DNA of 64,000 nt from a virus, in the IMG/VR virus record IMGVR_UViG_3300042922_000850, positions 32,001 through 96,000 of that record; one strand, 5' to 3'. The translations under genes and the position numbers were made by a program. Below are positions 47,135-56,953 of the stretch, one piece after another; position 1 is the stretch's first letter, and each line of letters starts with the position of its first letter. The notes beneath the pieces were generated by a model. The model made no database searches, was not told the origin of the DNA, and saw nothing but the letters and a program-made list of their open reading frames with translations.

Positions 47135-47932
47135 CTAAACTTCTTTTTTATTGTATCGCTCTTGCATTTTTAAAATCTCTGTTTGTAGCCGGTTAACACT
47201 ATTGGCTATTAAGTCCAACTCCTCAGGACAATTCTTATTAAAATGTTCCTCTAATTTTTCTGGAATGCGTGAAGATGGCCATGTAGAAACACCATACTTT
47301 CTCAACACATCTAAAATAACGTTTAAGAGTTCAATTTGCTCTTTAGCATTGTATAGCTGGTCAATCTGCTTCTGCATCTCTTGCATATCTCTTGCCATCT
47401 TGGTTCCTAGTGATCTGCCGATATATTTTTTCTTACCTATGTCAGCGAGATAGCTTTCTGCAAACTCTTGCTTAGAACTGCAGAAGGGAATTCTATCACT
47501 ATCTAATTTGTTCATGATGATATACATAAGTAAATTCGGATCTAGTTCAATCTTTTTATATACCGCTTTTTTCACTGTGCGAATTGCACCAGTTACCGGA
47601 TCATAATATTTTAAACCAACACTTTCGGGAAGTTCCTCTTTCTTTACCATCCCTTTAGGCACAACAAAGTAAAATTCATGGCAATATGGAACATAACATT
47701 GCCATTTACCATCTTGTAAGAAATCACCTCGACTAACCTTTACTTCGTATATAGTGATATCAGGGTTTGACCAACTCTTAGCAATTGCAATTGCATCAAA
47801 TATCAATAACCCGTTGCCCACAGGGTTATAAGTCGGTCCATTTTTACACTCGGTGGCGAAGAAATCTTTAACATGATACTGTGCCAGCGCCCGCTTAATC
47901 ATCATAGATGTTACTTTTATGTTATCTGCCAT
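47135..47932 (-). CDS. MmcB-like PD-(D/E)XK nuclease-fold protein
   Basis: FDAIA...IYEVKVSRGDFLQDGKWQCY...FYFVVP. Confidence 0.75.
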   Translation of the reverse strand: MADNIKVTSMMIKRALAQYHVKDFFATECKNGPTYNPVGNGLLIFDAIAIAKSWSNPDITIYEVKVSRGDFLQDGKWQCYVPYCHEFYFVVPKGMVKKEELPESVGLKYYDPVTGAIRTVKKAVYKKIELDPNLLMYIIMNKLDSDRIPFCSSKQEFAESYLADIGKKKYIGRSLGTKMARDMQEMQKQIDQLYNAKEQIELLNVILDVLRKYGVSTWPSSRIPEKLEEHFNKNCPEELDLIANSVNRLQTEILKMQERYNKKEV

Positions 47933-47941
47933 AATGCACCT

Positions 47942-48388
47942 CTAAAAACGCGTTTTTTGAAATCCGTCATAAGGGGCGCTATAGCAAAACCCGTTCTCTT
48001 TGATCTCAAACTTAACTCCGCATGCCTCACTAATAATCGGAGCAATTTCATCAAACTCTTCTTTACTTAATAGTTCCAGATGACGGCTATAAAACTTCAT
48101 TGTAAGAAACTTTGATGCTCCGCCCATGATCGGCTTATTAGCGTTCCATTCACAGTCTTCATCGAACCCGCCGTGACCAAGTTCAACAATTTCTCCCGCC
48201 TTAGGATTAGGAATACTGACATAGAATTTATGTGGCCAACCATATTTCCAATCAGAACCAGACATTATAGCTTTACCTTCTTTAATTAATTCTGCAAGCT
48301 GTTTAGGATATAAGCTGCCGCAGTAGCCACAACATTCATATCCATCTCTTTCGTAACGCTCCGCTTCTTCACAACTTCTAGATAACAT
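47942..48388 (-). CDS. hypothetical protein
   Basis: 148 aa; CGYCGS; SDWKYGWPHKFY. Confidence 0.6.
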   Translation of the reverse strand: MLSRSCEEAERYERDGYECCGYCGSLYPKQLAELIKEGKAIMSGSDWKYGWPHKFYVSIPNPKAGEIVELGHGGFDEDCEWNANKPIMGGASKFLTMKFYSRHLELLSKEEFDEIAPIISEACGVKFEIKENGFCYSAPYDGFQKTRF

Positions 48389-48417
48389 AGTCTTCGCACT
48401 CCTTTTAAATTTTATTA

Positions 48418-48633
48418 TTATTTAACATTAAGATATGGCCCGTTGCAAGGGCAGTTCTTTTCTGGGCCATATAACATTTCGTCAGGATCATCATGACCGA
48501 TATACTCGGGAACACAATCGCAACAACCTCCACCATGGCACTCTTTTGGTCTTTTGTTTTTATATGATTGCCGATAAATACATTTTGCACATACACACCC
48601 ATTTTTATAGCATTCATTCGAGAAGCTAGACAT
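48418..48633 (-). CDS. small Cys-rich protein
   Basis: 71 aa; AAGGAGGT RBS. Confidence 0.6.
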   Translation of the reverse strand: MSSFSNECYKNGCVCAKCIYRQSYKNKRPKECHGGGCCDCVPEYIGHDDPDEMLYGPEKNCPCNGPYLNVK

Positions 48634-48902
48634 AGTTATCTACCTCCTTTTAGATTTTTTATTATTCTTTGCAGCATAGACCGGACACATATCTTTATCT
48701 TTACTAAAATCTTGCTTTAATTGTAAATGTCTTATCTCTGCGTCTATTTTGGATATATGCGTAAAACAATAGTTTTTTATCAAACAGGTTTCGCTATTAC
48801 AGAATATCATTACAACCACTCCTTTAATTATAAATTCCCTTGTAGAGGTATCTTTTATAAGTATAATACAAAAGAAAGCTTATGTAAATATCCTTGTGCT
48901 AT

Positions 48903-48938
48903 AAAAAAAGAGTTGGCAACATTGCCAACTCTTTTTTT
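48903..48938. terminator. terminator hairpin downstream of the 1173-aa gene
   Basis: AAAAAAAGAGTTGGCAA-CA-TTGCCAACTCTTTTTTT. Confidence 0.75.
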
Positions 48939-48951
48939 AGGCTGTAAATGA

Positions 48952-51900
48952 TTATTCTTCGAAAGACTGTGCGCTCTCTGAATAGATTTCACCACCAAGG
49001 TCGTGGGAAGGCGCTGACATTTCGGTTACATTGCTAATTTCTTTTGGGGTTATTCCACCAAGTGCACCACACTCCGGGCAATAGCCTAAGTTATCTGGTT
49101 GACCTTTGTAACTGCACACTTCACAATTAATGTCTTTTAATCCGGTTTTAGGATCAATTGTGGGTTCCTCAGGAACAACATTACTTTCTTTCTTTGCCTC
49201 TTCCTTTGTCGGAACATTCATCTCTGCCTCTTTAAACAGTTCATCAAGTTCTTCGGAAGCTAACTTCGAGACTTTTACATTTTTGACCGCATTTTTTATC
49301 GCTTTGACTCCGGCTCCTGCAAGTGCTCCAATTCCTACACCTGCAGCTCCTCCTGCGATAGCGTTGCTTGCAGCTTCACTACCATAATCAGATGGTAGTG
49401 CGGTTGGATTAACTTCTTTTGCTTGGTCAACCGACTTTTGATAAGCTGCTCCACTACCCATAAGACCGCCAATAGCTGCACCACTAAGTGCGCTAGCTTC
49501 TTTAGCGAGTTCATCGAGTTCTTCAGATGCATGCTTAACCGCTTTTGATTTTGCCACATCTTTTACAAGTGCCGGTAAAGATGTAACGATATTGCCAACT
49601 GCTCCCGCACTCGCACCCAATAAACCACCTTTTACCGCTCCTTTAAGAACAGCTTTGGGGTTCTCTTCACTTTCTTTTTTTTTACCTTCTATACCACCAA
49701 GAACTGTTCCTACTCCGGCACTAAATGGAATGAGGCCGGCACCTGCTTCTTTCTCCGCAGACTCATCGGTTGCTTCAAAAGATTGTTTTTCCACATGATT
49801 TTTAAATTCTTCTTGCATTTTTGCCTTAGCTGCTTCAAATTTCTGAGTCCCTTGCTCTGATGCTTTCTGAACCACCTTAGCGCCAAGTGCACTACTAGCC
49901 AAATTCGCGCCTAGCCCAATTCCGGCTCCAGCTAACGCACCTTTAGCAACGCCTTTTAAAGTTTTGTCACGATCGTTTTCTTTGGAAGTTTTAAGACCAC
50001 CAATTGCCCCGCCAACAATTGCACCAGGGAGAACAAACCCTGCTTCTTTCTCCATAATCTCCGTCATATCATATTTTGCCGAACAAACATCGTATGCGAC
50101 TTTATGAAGGTGATCGATTTGTTCAATAGCGGCTTGAATATAATTAGGGCTAACTACTTGGTTACGGTTTTTATACTGCATTACCTTTAATTGCATAAGG
50201 TCACAAGCAACTCTCTCTAATATATCACGATTTTCTATAATATCCTTAGATACTTCATAAATTCTCGGATAATTATGAGTTTCATTAGCTGTTGATGCAA
50301 CCTTTTCTGCGAAGAAGGATGATAAGCTCATAATCTTTGCTACTTCCAAAGCTGATTGCGATTCTCTTTCTAAAGCAATCTTCTCAAACACAGACGATAA
50401 TGTCTTACCCTCAGATGCAACGTTACCTAATTGTGCTGCGATGTCTTTAACTGCACTCGGTGCTCCGCTAAGTCCATCCGATAACATGCTTGCGATTACA
50501 GAAGTTGCAAGAACACCTGCAAGTTCTTTGGGTTTTACCATTGACTTTACGGTATTTTGTATCTTTTTACCTGCAAGAGATTGAACTCTTGCGCCTTGAA
50601 GTGCTTCGATATTCGGATTAGCAGGTAAAGCATAGGTCATTTGAGGATTGTTATTTACTTTGAAGATGATCTCTTGAAACTCCGCCTGATTAAATCCAAG
50701 GAGTTTAAGAACTAACTTTAAATCGTCTTTGGAAATTCTTGTATATGTCTTTACAAATCGTTTCAATATAGCTTTTTTTGTATCAACGTAATTAATTTCC
50801 ACATCGTATGCGCCGAGTTGCTTATCTCTGCATACGATTTTAATTTTATTCTTTTCTACTGCGGCAACCTTTTCAAAAGTATCTTCGTAGCTTTCTACGT
50901 AAGCAAGTTTATCGAGATCTTCTTTGTTCTGAAGATAATCTTTAATAATGCCCTTGATTAAGATTACTCTGGTTTCCGGATCCGTTGCAAGGACAAGGTT
51001 GGTTTCTGTCCTTGCGGGCCCCTGCGTTGCATAAGGGTTTTTATCAACTTTATGATAATTGATACAGATAGAACCTTTTGACATTAGGTTAGATAGCTTA
51101 AATTCGTCCATTGCAAGTTCTTTGGATTTCTTCGCAATGAAATCACCATAGGGCATTTCAAAGAACTTTGCCCCATCAAGAGTGCAAAGATTAACTCTGA
51201 TATTAACATTTAAGATATTCTGAGTTTCACTTGTTGTTAATAAGTTTGCGATTTCTGAGTTATCATAAATGGGCGATAACTCATAGCTTTTTGTTGAGAT
51301 ATCGTTTTTGCGGTCACCGCTACCATAAGTTCTTTCGTTTATCCAATTTACTTTTGAGGGGAATAAAGCTTTGTCTCCATCGAATGCCATGAAGATATCG
51401 CCTTCTTGCAATGTGGACAGGCTCTCCATCTTTATGGAAAATTTTGTCTCTGGCGCTTTTAAGCAAAGGAAACGTTCCGAGTTGCTGAGAATTTTCACAC
51501 GAGCATCGGCGGTGATGACTAATTTTACCTTCTTCGGAGCTTTGTCAGCAAAGGACATAAAATTATCGACAACAATGCCGTTAGTCATGGAAATCTCGTT
51601 ACCATTTTTCTCAGGAAAAGCAATGACTGTGCCGTTTGGTAATTTAATAGCATCGTCATATTGTAAGTTCTTCGCCTTTTCAAATAATTTAAGTTTCTCT
51701 TGGTCATCTGGGACGTTAATCTCAGCCGCCATTTTCTCCATTTCAAGTTTCACTTCTTCTGAAGCTTTTCTCTCAAACTCTTGATTAAGAACTTTCAGGT
51801 CAGCTTCAGTGAATTCTTTAATTGTTGCAGCCTTTTCAAGGAGTTCATCAATCTTCTCTGCAGCATAGATATAATTTTGGCCAGATGGACTACTATGCCC

Positions 51901-52473
51901 AACCGCTTGATCTCTAATTTGCAGAACGTTTCCAAGAAATCCTGTACTTGTAGCTGGGTTGTTCCTGGTATCAAGACCAACATAAGGGTCATCTGTATTA
52001 TTTTGGCGGTCTTTCTCCTGTAATTGCTGTATAGCGTAAACGACCTTTTTCATGTTTTCTCTAGAGTAAGGAACTCTGGTTCCTTCGGATTGAATAACAT
52101 CAAAAGGGATAAGTTCTCCATCAATAACCATAAACGGGAGTTCAATTACTTTGCCAAAATATTTGATTGCAACTACACCATTCGCATCTGAAACATAATC
52201 AGAATGTGCTTTATCCATCTCTTCGGGGTTTAGTTGTATAGCCACATTCGGTGTGCTTGGGAAGAAGGCTAATTCATTAAGCACGTACTTTCTAATAAAA
52301 GTCTCTATATTATCTGCTGTCGGCTGATAAATATCTATCCCTGCATATTTCTTAATAGCAAGATCCTCTTTGCTTAAAGAATAGTCTCTTGCTTCTTTCT
52401 CAAAGCCAAAAGACAAAGATGCTCCAAAGGCATTCGATATATTTCTCAATCTCTTATCCATAATAAGCTTCAC
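48952..52473 (-). CDS. large putative virion/head protein with >10 KxA sites, three C-terminal glycine-zipper modules and a Zn ribbon
   Basis: 1173 aa; EKEAR, EKAAT, EKMAA, EKVAA, EKEAG x2, ASEELDELAKEAS, ASEELDELFKEAE; CEVC...CPECG. Confidence 0.6.
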   Translation of the reverse strand: MKLIMDKRLRNISNAFGASLSFGFEKEARDYSLSKEDLAIKKYAGIDIYQPTADNIETFIRKYVLNELAFFPSTPNVAIQLNPEEMDKAHSDYVSDANGVVAIKYFGKVIELPFMVIDGELIPFDVIQSEGTRVPYSRENMKKVVYAIQQLQEKDRQNNTDDPYVGLDTRNNPATSTGFLGNVLQIRDQAVGHSSPSGQNYIYAAEKIDELLEKAATIKEFTEADLKVLNQEFERKASEEVKLEMEKMAAEINVPDDQEKLKLFEKAKNLQYDDAIKLPNGTVIAFPEKNGNEISMTNGIVVDNFMSFADKAPKKVKLVITADARVKILSNSERFLCLKAPETKFSIKMESLSTLQEGDIFMAFDGDKALFPSKVNWINERTYGSGDRKNDISTKSYELSPIYDNSEIANLLTTSETQNILNVNIRVNLCTLDGAKFFEMPYGDFIAKKSKELAMDEFKLSNLMSKGSICINYHKVDKNPYATQGPARTETNLVLATDPETRVILIKGIIKDYLQNKEDLDKLAYVESYEDTFEKVAAVEKNKIKIVCRDKQLGAYDVEINYVDTKKAILKRFVKTYTRISKDDLKLVLKLLGFNQAEFQEIIFKVNNNPQMTYALPANPNIEALQGARVQSLAGKKIQNTVKSMVKPKELAGVLATSVIASMLSDGLSGAPSAVKDIAAQLGNVASEGKTLSSVFEKIALERESQSALEVAKIMSLSSFFAEKVASTANETHNYPRIYEVSKDIIENRDILERVACDLMQLKVMQYKNRNQVVSPNYIQAAIEQIDHLHKVAYDVCSAKYDMTEIMEKEAGFVLPGAIVGGAIGGLKTSKENDRDKTLKGVAKGALAGAGIGLGANLASSALGAKVVQKASEQGTQKFEAAKAKMQEEFKNHVEKQSFEATDESAEKEAGAGLIPFSAGVGTVLGGIEGKKKESEENPKAVLKGAVKGGLLGASAGAVGNIVTSLPALVKDVAKSKAVKHASEELDELAKEASALSGAAIGGLMGSGAAYQKSVDQAKEVNPTALPSDYGSEAASNAIAGGAAGVGIGALAGAGVKAIKNAVKNVKVSKLASEELDELFKEAEMNVPTKEEAKKESNVVPEEPTIDPKTGLKDINCEVCSYKGQPDNLGYCPECGALGGITPKEISNVTEMSAPSHDLGGEIYSESAQSFEE

Positions 52474-52512
52474 CTCTCTTAATAATATTAAACGTTATAT
52501 CCGTCTGGAAAT

Positions 52513-52541
52513 ATTATAGCACAAATGAGTTCAATTTTAAA
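52513..52541 (-). promoter_or_regulatory. sigmaA-like promoter TTTAAA-N17-TATAAT (extended TG)
   Basis: upstream of the 1173-aa gene. Confidence 0.55.
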
Positions 52542-52550
52542 AGTCTATCT

Positions 52551-53100
52551 ATTATATGTCCATGGACATATAATTTGGACACGAAAAATTATATGTCCAG
52601 AAATAAATTACCCTCTGCTACAGTATTTAAAAAAATCCGTGGACATGTAATTTTATTGTAAAAATTTAGATGTCCATGATATTTCGTTGATATACAATGG
52701 TTTCGTCTTTTTTGGACATGAAAACGTGGACTTTTGAAAAACAAACCCCTCTCGGTAGAATTTTTTTTAATGATATTTATATCTTATGTCCATTTTTTGA
52801 AAAAAATTTTTTATTTAAGGTATATGTCTGCAAAAGAAAAGTCCATTAATTTGGTTTTACCATAGCTATCATTATTATTATTATTTATATATATATAATA
52901 GAATAGTTGATAATAAGCGCATACGTCATTTGGGACAAGCCAACAGTTTGGGAAATTATGTATGGGTATGGTAAAACACCGTGGACTTTGACATAGGTTT
53001 TCGTGGACTTTGACATGGACTTTGACATACCTAAATGGACATATGGGGTAAAAAATGGACTTTTGACGTCCAAATTATCATCAAGAAGAGGTCCAAATGG
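52551..53100. repeat. iteron-like TGGAC/GTCCA repeat field with AT-rich core (candidate origin or packaging/partition site)
   Basis: about 17 copies by hand; palindrome ATTATATGTCCATGGACATATAAT; GGACTTTGACAT x3. Confidence 0.7.
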
Positions 53101-53186
53101 CAAAACCCTTCATCTTTGACCTAGCATTTTAACTTTACCTCTTTTCCAGTATAAGAGATAAAACAAAACACAGGAGGAATAAAATT

Positions 53187-53381
53187 ATGAGACAAATAAG
53201 TAAAAAGACAATGGCAAAGTTAGACATTGTATCCGGAGTAATAGAAGTAACAGTGGGAGTTTTAGGAATGGTTACATTGGGAAAATCACCAAAGAGTTTG
53301 ATTGCAGCAGCATCATTGGTATTTGGAGCAGCAAATGTATGCTTTGGCATAGACGAAGCAGTGGAAGCAGCACAGGAATAA
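53187..53381 (+). CDS. small two-TM cassette protein
   Basis: 64 aa; AGGAGG RBS. Confidence 0.7.
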   Translation: MRQISKKTMAKLDIVSGVIEVTVGVLGMVTLGKSPKSLIAAASLVFGAANVCFGIDEAVEAAQE

Positions 53382-53527
53382 ACACAAGGATAGAGAAACA
53401 AAAGGACATATGTCCTTTTGTTTCCGTTTCAACCACGCCCACCACGTTGTTAATGATATCCGATGCCCAGCTTTATTCCTGCTGTTTTTCTAGTATAAGA
53501 GATAAAACAAAACACAGGAGGAATAAA

Positions 53528-53752
53528 ATGAAAACAATAAAAACAATAATCGCATTTTTAAAGATAATAGGAAAGGTATTATTTAGTACAAGAGAAGAAA
53601 AAGAAAATATGAAATCAGTATTGAAAGCATATAACGATGCAGTACAGTCATATATGAAAGAAAATAATGTGAGTAGGGAAGTAGCAGAAGATGAAATGAA
53701 TGCAAGACTTCAGCGAGAAGCAATGAAAATGGAAAACAAGACAAGAGCGTAA
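53528..53752 (+). CDS. small cassette protein (MKTIKTII...), family with 57802 and 59349
   Basis: AGGAGG RBS; shared Y..YM....V.R..AE motif. Confidence 0.7.
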   Translation: MKTIKTIIAFLKIIGKVLFSTREEKENMKSVLKAYNDAVQSYMKENNVSREVAEDEMNARLQREAMKMENKTRA

Positions 53753-53870
53753 GGCTCTTGTCTTTCGCTTCAACCACGCCCACCACGTTGTCAAGGACAT
53801 CAGGTGTCCAGTTTTATTCTCGTCGTTTTTCTAGTATAAGAGATAAAATAAACAAATGGAGGAATTAAAA

Positions 53871-54164
53871 ATGGGTATGAGTATGGCAGGAAGAATTGTT
53901 GTATTAACAGAAAACGGAGCATTTGCAGTAGAAGAAGTAAAAGTTAAGGTTATAGAAGAATCAAGACAGTTTATAGTAAAGGAATGGGATGATACATTAA
54001 GTAAAGTAACAGCGTATGTAAGAGAAGATGGTTATGTAGATATGATTTACGAAGACGGGGTATGTCACACAGTAAATAAGGTATATTTTGAATCAATAGC
54101 ATTTGAAGGTGAGCTTGAAAATCAGAAGCAGATGGCAATAGAAGCAAAATTAATCAAAGCATAA
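53871..54164 (+). CDS. hypothetical cassette protein (MGMSMAG...)
   Basis: GGAGG RBS. Confidence 0.7.
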   Translation: MGMSMAGRIVVLTENGAFAVEEVKVKVIEESRQFIVKEWDDTLSKVTAYVREDGYVDMIYEDGVCHTVNKVYFESIAFEGELENQKQMAIEAKLIKA

Positions 54165-54316
54165 ACAAAAGGGAGCGAAAGCTCCCTGTGTCTTTTTCCT
54201 TTACCCCGTCCACCTCGTGCACGAGGTTCTCTCGGACATGCCGTGTCCGTTTTATTCTCCATGTTTTTTTCCTATAAGAAAGAAAATAAAACAGAAAGAT
54301 AAAGAGGTAAGAGATT

Positions 54317-54535
54317 ATGAAAAAAGTAATGAAGGCAACAGTAATAGGATTAGGAATATTTATGATGGGAATGTATAGTTATGAAAGAGGAGTAAAGGAT
54401 ACAAAGGAAATATATGAAAAGGTATTAAGTAATCGAAACGAAGAATTAAATCAATTATTCAAAGAGGTATTGGATGAAAAGAATGAGAAAATTAGAGCAT
54501 TGAAAGCAGAAATATATAGGATGTCAGAGGCGTAA
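54317..54535 (+). CDS. single-TM coiled-coil cassette protein
   Basis: 72 aa; GAGGT RBS. Confidence 0.7.
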   Translation: MKKVMKATVIGLGIFMMGMYSYERGVKDTKEIYEKVLSNRNEELNQLFKEVLDEKNEKIRALKAEIYRMSEA

Positions 54536-54664
54536 GCCTCGCATCTTTTTCTTCCAATGCTCTAATTTTCTCCGCTCACCATGCTGACCGGACATCCCAT
54601 GTCCACTTTATTCTCCCTGTTTTTCTCCTATAAGAAAGAAAACAATATTAGGAGGTAACACAAA

Positions 54665-54952
54665 ATGAAATTAGAAGAGTTCGGAATACAGGCAGTATTG
54701 GAAGTAAAAAGAATTAGAGTAACACCATGTTATGAAAGTAAATGGGAAATTATGTTAAAGTTAGATGACAGTGAAAAGGTATATGGGGAAAATATAAAAA
54801 ATCACGGGTATGTAGAAATATATAAAGGAAAGGCAATCGTAGGGCTAACGAGGTTAGACACTGAAACACAGGAAAAAATGGAAGATTTGGTACATATGTG
54901 TAAAACGGTAAAAGAAGTATGTGATTTATATTTTGAGGTTTATTATGACTAA
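54665..54952 (+). CDS. hypothetical cassette protein
   Basis: 95 aa; AGGAGGT RBS. Confidence 0.7.
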   Translation: MKLEEFGIQAVLEVKRIRVTPCYESKWEIMLKLDDSEKVYGENIKNHGYVEIYKGKAIVGLTRLDTETQEKMEDLVHMCKTVKEVCDLYFEVYYD

Positions 54953-55031
54953 GGGCATTTGCCCTTAGTTTTATTTTCCCTATTTTCCACGTATAAGTAA
55001 GAAAATAAACAAAAGAAAGAAGGAATAAATT

Positions 55032-55541
55032 ATGAAATCAAGCATTAAGATAGTAGGAGCAACAACGGTAACAGCAACAGTGGCATTAGTAATTGGAATG
55101 ATGGCAAAGAGAAAAGTGAATCATCGAAGAAAAGAGAAAGAAGGATATTTATTAAAAGAATATTATGAGCACGGATATAGTGAAGGGCATAAGGACGGAT
55201 ACGAAGAGGGACAGCAGAAAATGGAGATTAAACCGGAGAAAACGGGAAGAAGTTATAGTTATGAGAAGTTCATGGACACTTTAAGAAGAAGTGAAGCAGG
55301 TGAGTTTGATTACACCGGATGGAAGATGGTAACATCGGAACAGTCAGGATTTGACAGAAATTATTACAACGGAAGAGTTGTATGGGGATATGATGGAGCA
55401 CCAGATGATGAGTTTTACTTCACAGTAGTAACAGAAGATGGGCACAACGCAAGGATAGTAAGCGTTATGAGAGCAGATGGAACAGAAATCAATTATGATG
55501 AATCATTTATTGTACAGTATTTTATACTGAGAACGTTTTAA
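55032..55541 (+). CDS. single-TM cassette protein with GYxxGxxDG repeats
   Basis: 169 aa. Confidence 0.7.
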   Translation: MKSSIKIVGATTVTATVALVIGMMAKRKVNHRRKEKEGYLLKEYYEHGYSEGHKDGYEEGQQKMEIKPEKTGRSYSYEKFMDTLRRSEAGEFDYTGWKMVTSEQSGFDRNYYNGRVVWGYDGAPDDEFYFTVVTEDGHNARIVSVMRADGTEINYDESFIVQYFILRTF

Positions 55542-55624
55542 ACAAGAGGGAGCGAAAGCTCCCTTAAACTTTTCTCTTTTTCTCCTATAAGTAAGAAAAC
55601 AACGAAAGAGAGGATTTAAAGATT

Positions 55625-55846
55625 ATGGACAACGATAAAGTAATTAAAGAATGTAACATTGAAAGACAAACAGGATTTGCGGCAGAAAACAAAGTAAACG
55701 TAGTTTACGAGGACGGAATGGCAGAGAAGATATTAAATTATTACCCGGATGAATTATCATTCAGCGAAGAAGAATTTATAGGATTAACGAAGCAGCAGGC
55801 GAAGGATTTATTCCATAAAAAAGACATAGCATATTTACAAAGCTAA
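55625..55846 (+). CDS. hypothetical cassette protein (YYPDELSF motif)
   Basis: 73 aa. Confidence 0.7.
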   Translation: MDNDKVIKECNIERQTGFAAENKVNVVYEDGMAEKILNYYPDELSFSEEEFIGLTKQQAKDLFHKKDIAYLQS

Positions 55847-55891
55847 ATAAATAAAAGGGAGCGAAAGCTCCCTGGACTTTTTCTTTTTGTA

Positions 55892-56809
55892 TCAGGCTTT
55901 TCTTGGAGATTTGTCAAAGAATATCGATCGCTTCGTATACGGGGTGACTTTGTGAACTCCGATATAATCTTGATTGGGATTTATAATTCTCTCTATTCTG
56001 TTCTTTTCTCCAAGTATCTCGGATTCTTTAATTGCTGCGGCAACATCATTATTTAACAACGGATAATGAGTCTCTTTATATCGCTGTAATTTATCATAAA
56101 TCTCCGGAGACCGCTTTGATCCTTGTTCTAAGTGTGTTAACTGTCTCTTTTTTGTTAAGTCCCCAGAAACTCCGTTATAACGAGAGATCCCACCCGACAT
56201 ATCAGTTATAAGATGGTTCCTTTTTGGGAATGCCAAGTTTTTCGGAAGGACATCTGATACTTTAATATTTTTTGGCAAATACTTACGAGAATGCTCATCT
56301 GTAATGCGGCGAATTTCTTTAATCTTCTTTTGATTTTTTGGTGTATCTCCAATTTCCTCAATCTCACCTACTATTCTATCAACAGTTCTCATCTCTTGTA
56401 GCTCTTTAATTTTACGCTCACCCTCATTAATAGGATGAGTGTGTAGATTTGAATAAGTGGAGTTATTGTTAATACGTGAATCCACTCTATGCTCTCTGAC
56501 CGGACCCGTTTTAATAGCCTTTACTTCACCTTTGTCTATCAGGGCAGCCAATTCTGTTTCACTTGGGAGTTTACGAGAAGTACTTTTTATTTTTTGATAT
56601 GCATTATTAGAAACATCTCCAAGCCCCATTTTTGCCTCAGCAAGCTCTCTTCCCGCTAACGCATTACCCTTTCTATCTCTTAGTTTGCGAAGTGCCCACT
56701 TCCAATTACCATCTGGGACTAAGCGAACCTTTTTTGCAATCTCATGGGCTTTACTTGCGGTTAAGGCCTCTTTATATATTTCGTTCTCATAATGAACCAC
56801 TTTATCCAC
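55892..56809 (-). CDS. tagged basic protein (MDKVVHYENEIYKEA...), HTHP motif
   Basis: GTG start at 56809 after AAGGAG and TGaTATAAT (56838-56846); NLHTHP. Confidence 0.65.
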   Translation of the reverse strand: MDKVVHYENEIYKEALTASKAHEIAKKVRLVPDGNWKWALRKLRDRKGNALAGRELAEAKMGLGDVSNNAYQKIKSTSRKLPSETELAALIDKGEVKAIKTGPVREHRVDSRINNNSTYSNLHTHPINEGERKIKELQEMRTVDRIVGEIEEIGDTPKNQKKIKEIRRITDEHSRKYLPKNIKVSDVLPKNLAFPKRNHLITDMSGGISRYNGVSGDLTKKRQLTHLEQGSKRSPEIYDKLQRYKETHYPLLNNDVAAAIKESEILGEKNRIERIINPNQDYIGVHKVTPYTKRSIFFDKSPRKA

Positions 56810-56953
56810 GCCAACCACGCTCCTTCCTTTTGTAGTAATTATATCACAAACCTGTCGACCACGCACACCACGTTTTTCTGGTATAAGTAATAAAAGGAGG
56901 ATGTTAATGCCTTCTTTTGTAATCGACACAATAACAGAAAGGAGGGGCAGTTA

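Larger units (their letters stand above)
45140..47142. repeat. three direct copies of TAGAGGGGCAATTGCCCCTCTAAACTT (near 45140, 46186, 47116) bracketing two cassettes
   Basis: exact 27-bp repeats; the first two continue into CCATTTCTTGTATAAG promoter motifs (45183, 46229). Confidence 0.85.

Noticed and set aside
281-52023. Many 60-200 aa ORFs antisense to long genes or cassettes (e.g. 281-601, 6299-6664, 7252-7590, 16766-17113, 45569-46162, 51371-51784)
   Set aside because: Shadow frames of real genes; no RBS; F/S/L-rich composition expected from the reverse of purine-rich strands.
48952-52473. Major capsid or tape-measure identity for the 1173-aa or 645-aa proteins
   Set aside because: No recognisable HK97-fold or tape-measure repeat motifs by eye; left as putative virion proteins.
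52885-53103. 72-aa minus-strand ORF with SKSMSKS repeats
   Set aside because: Translation of the GGACTTTGACAT DNA repeats; no RBS.
53187-55846. A-rich short ORFs as diversity-generating retroelement products
   Set aside because: No reverse transcriptase and no TR/VR pair differing at adenines in the window.
56810-56929. N-terminal 40 aa of the 345-aa ORF call
   Set aside because: Overlaps two promoters; the RBS, TATAAT and tag all point to the GTG start at 56809.
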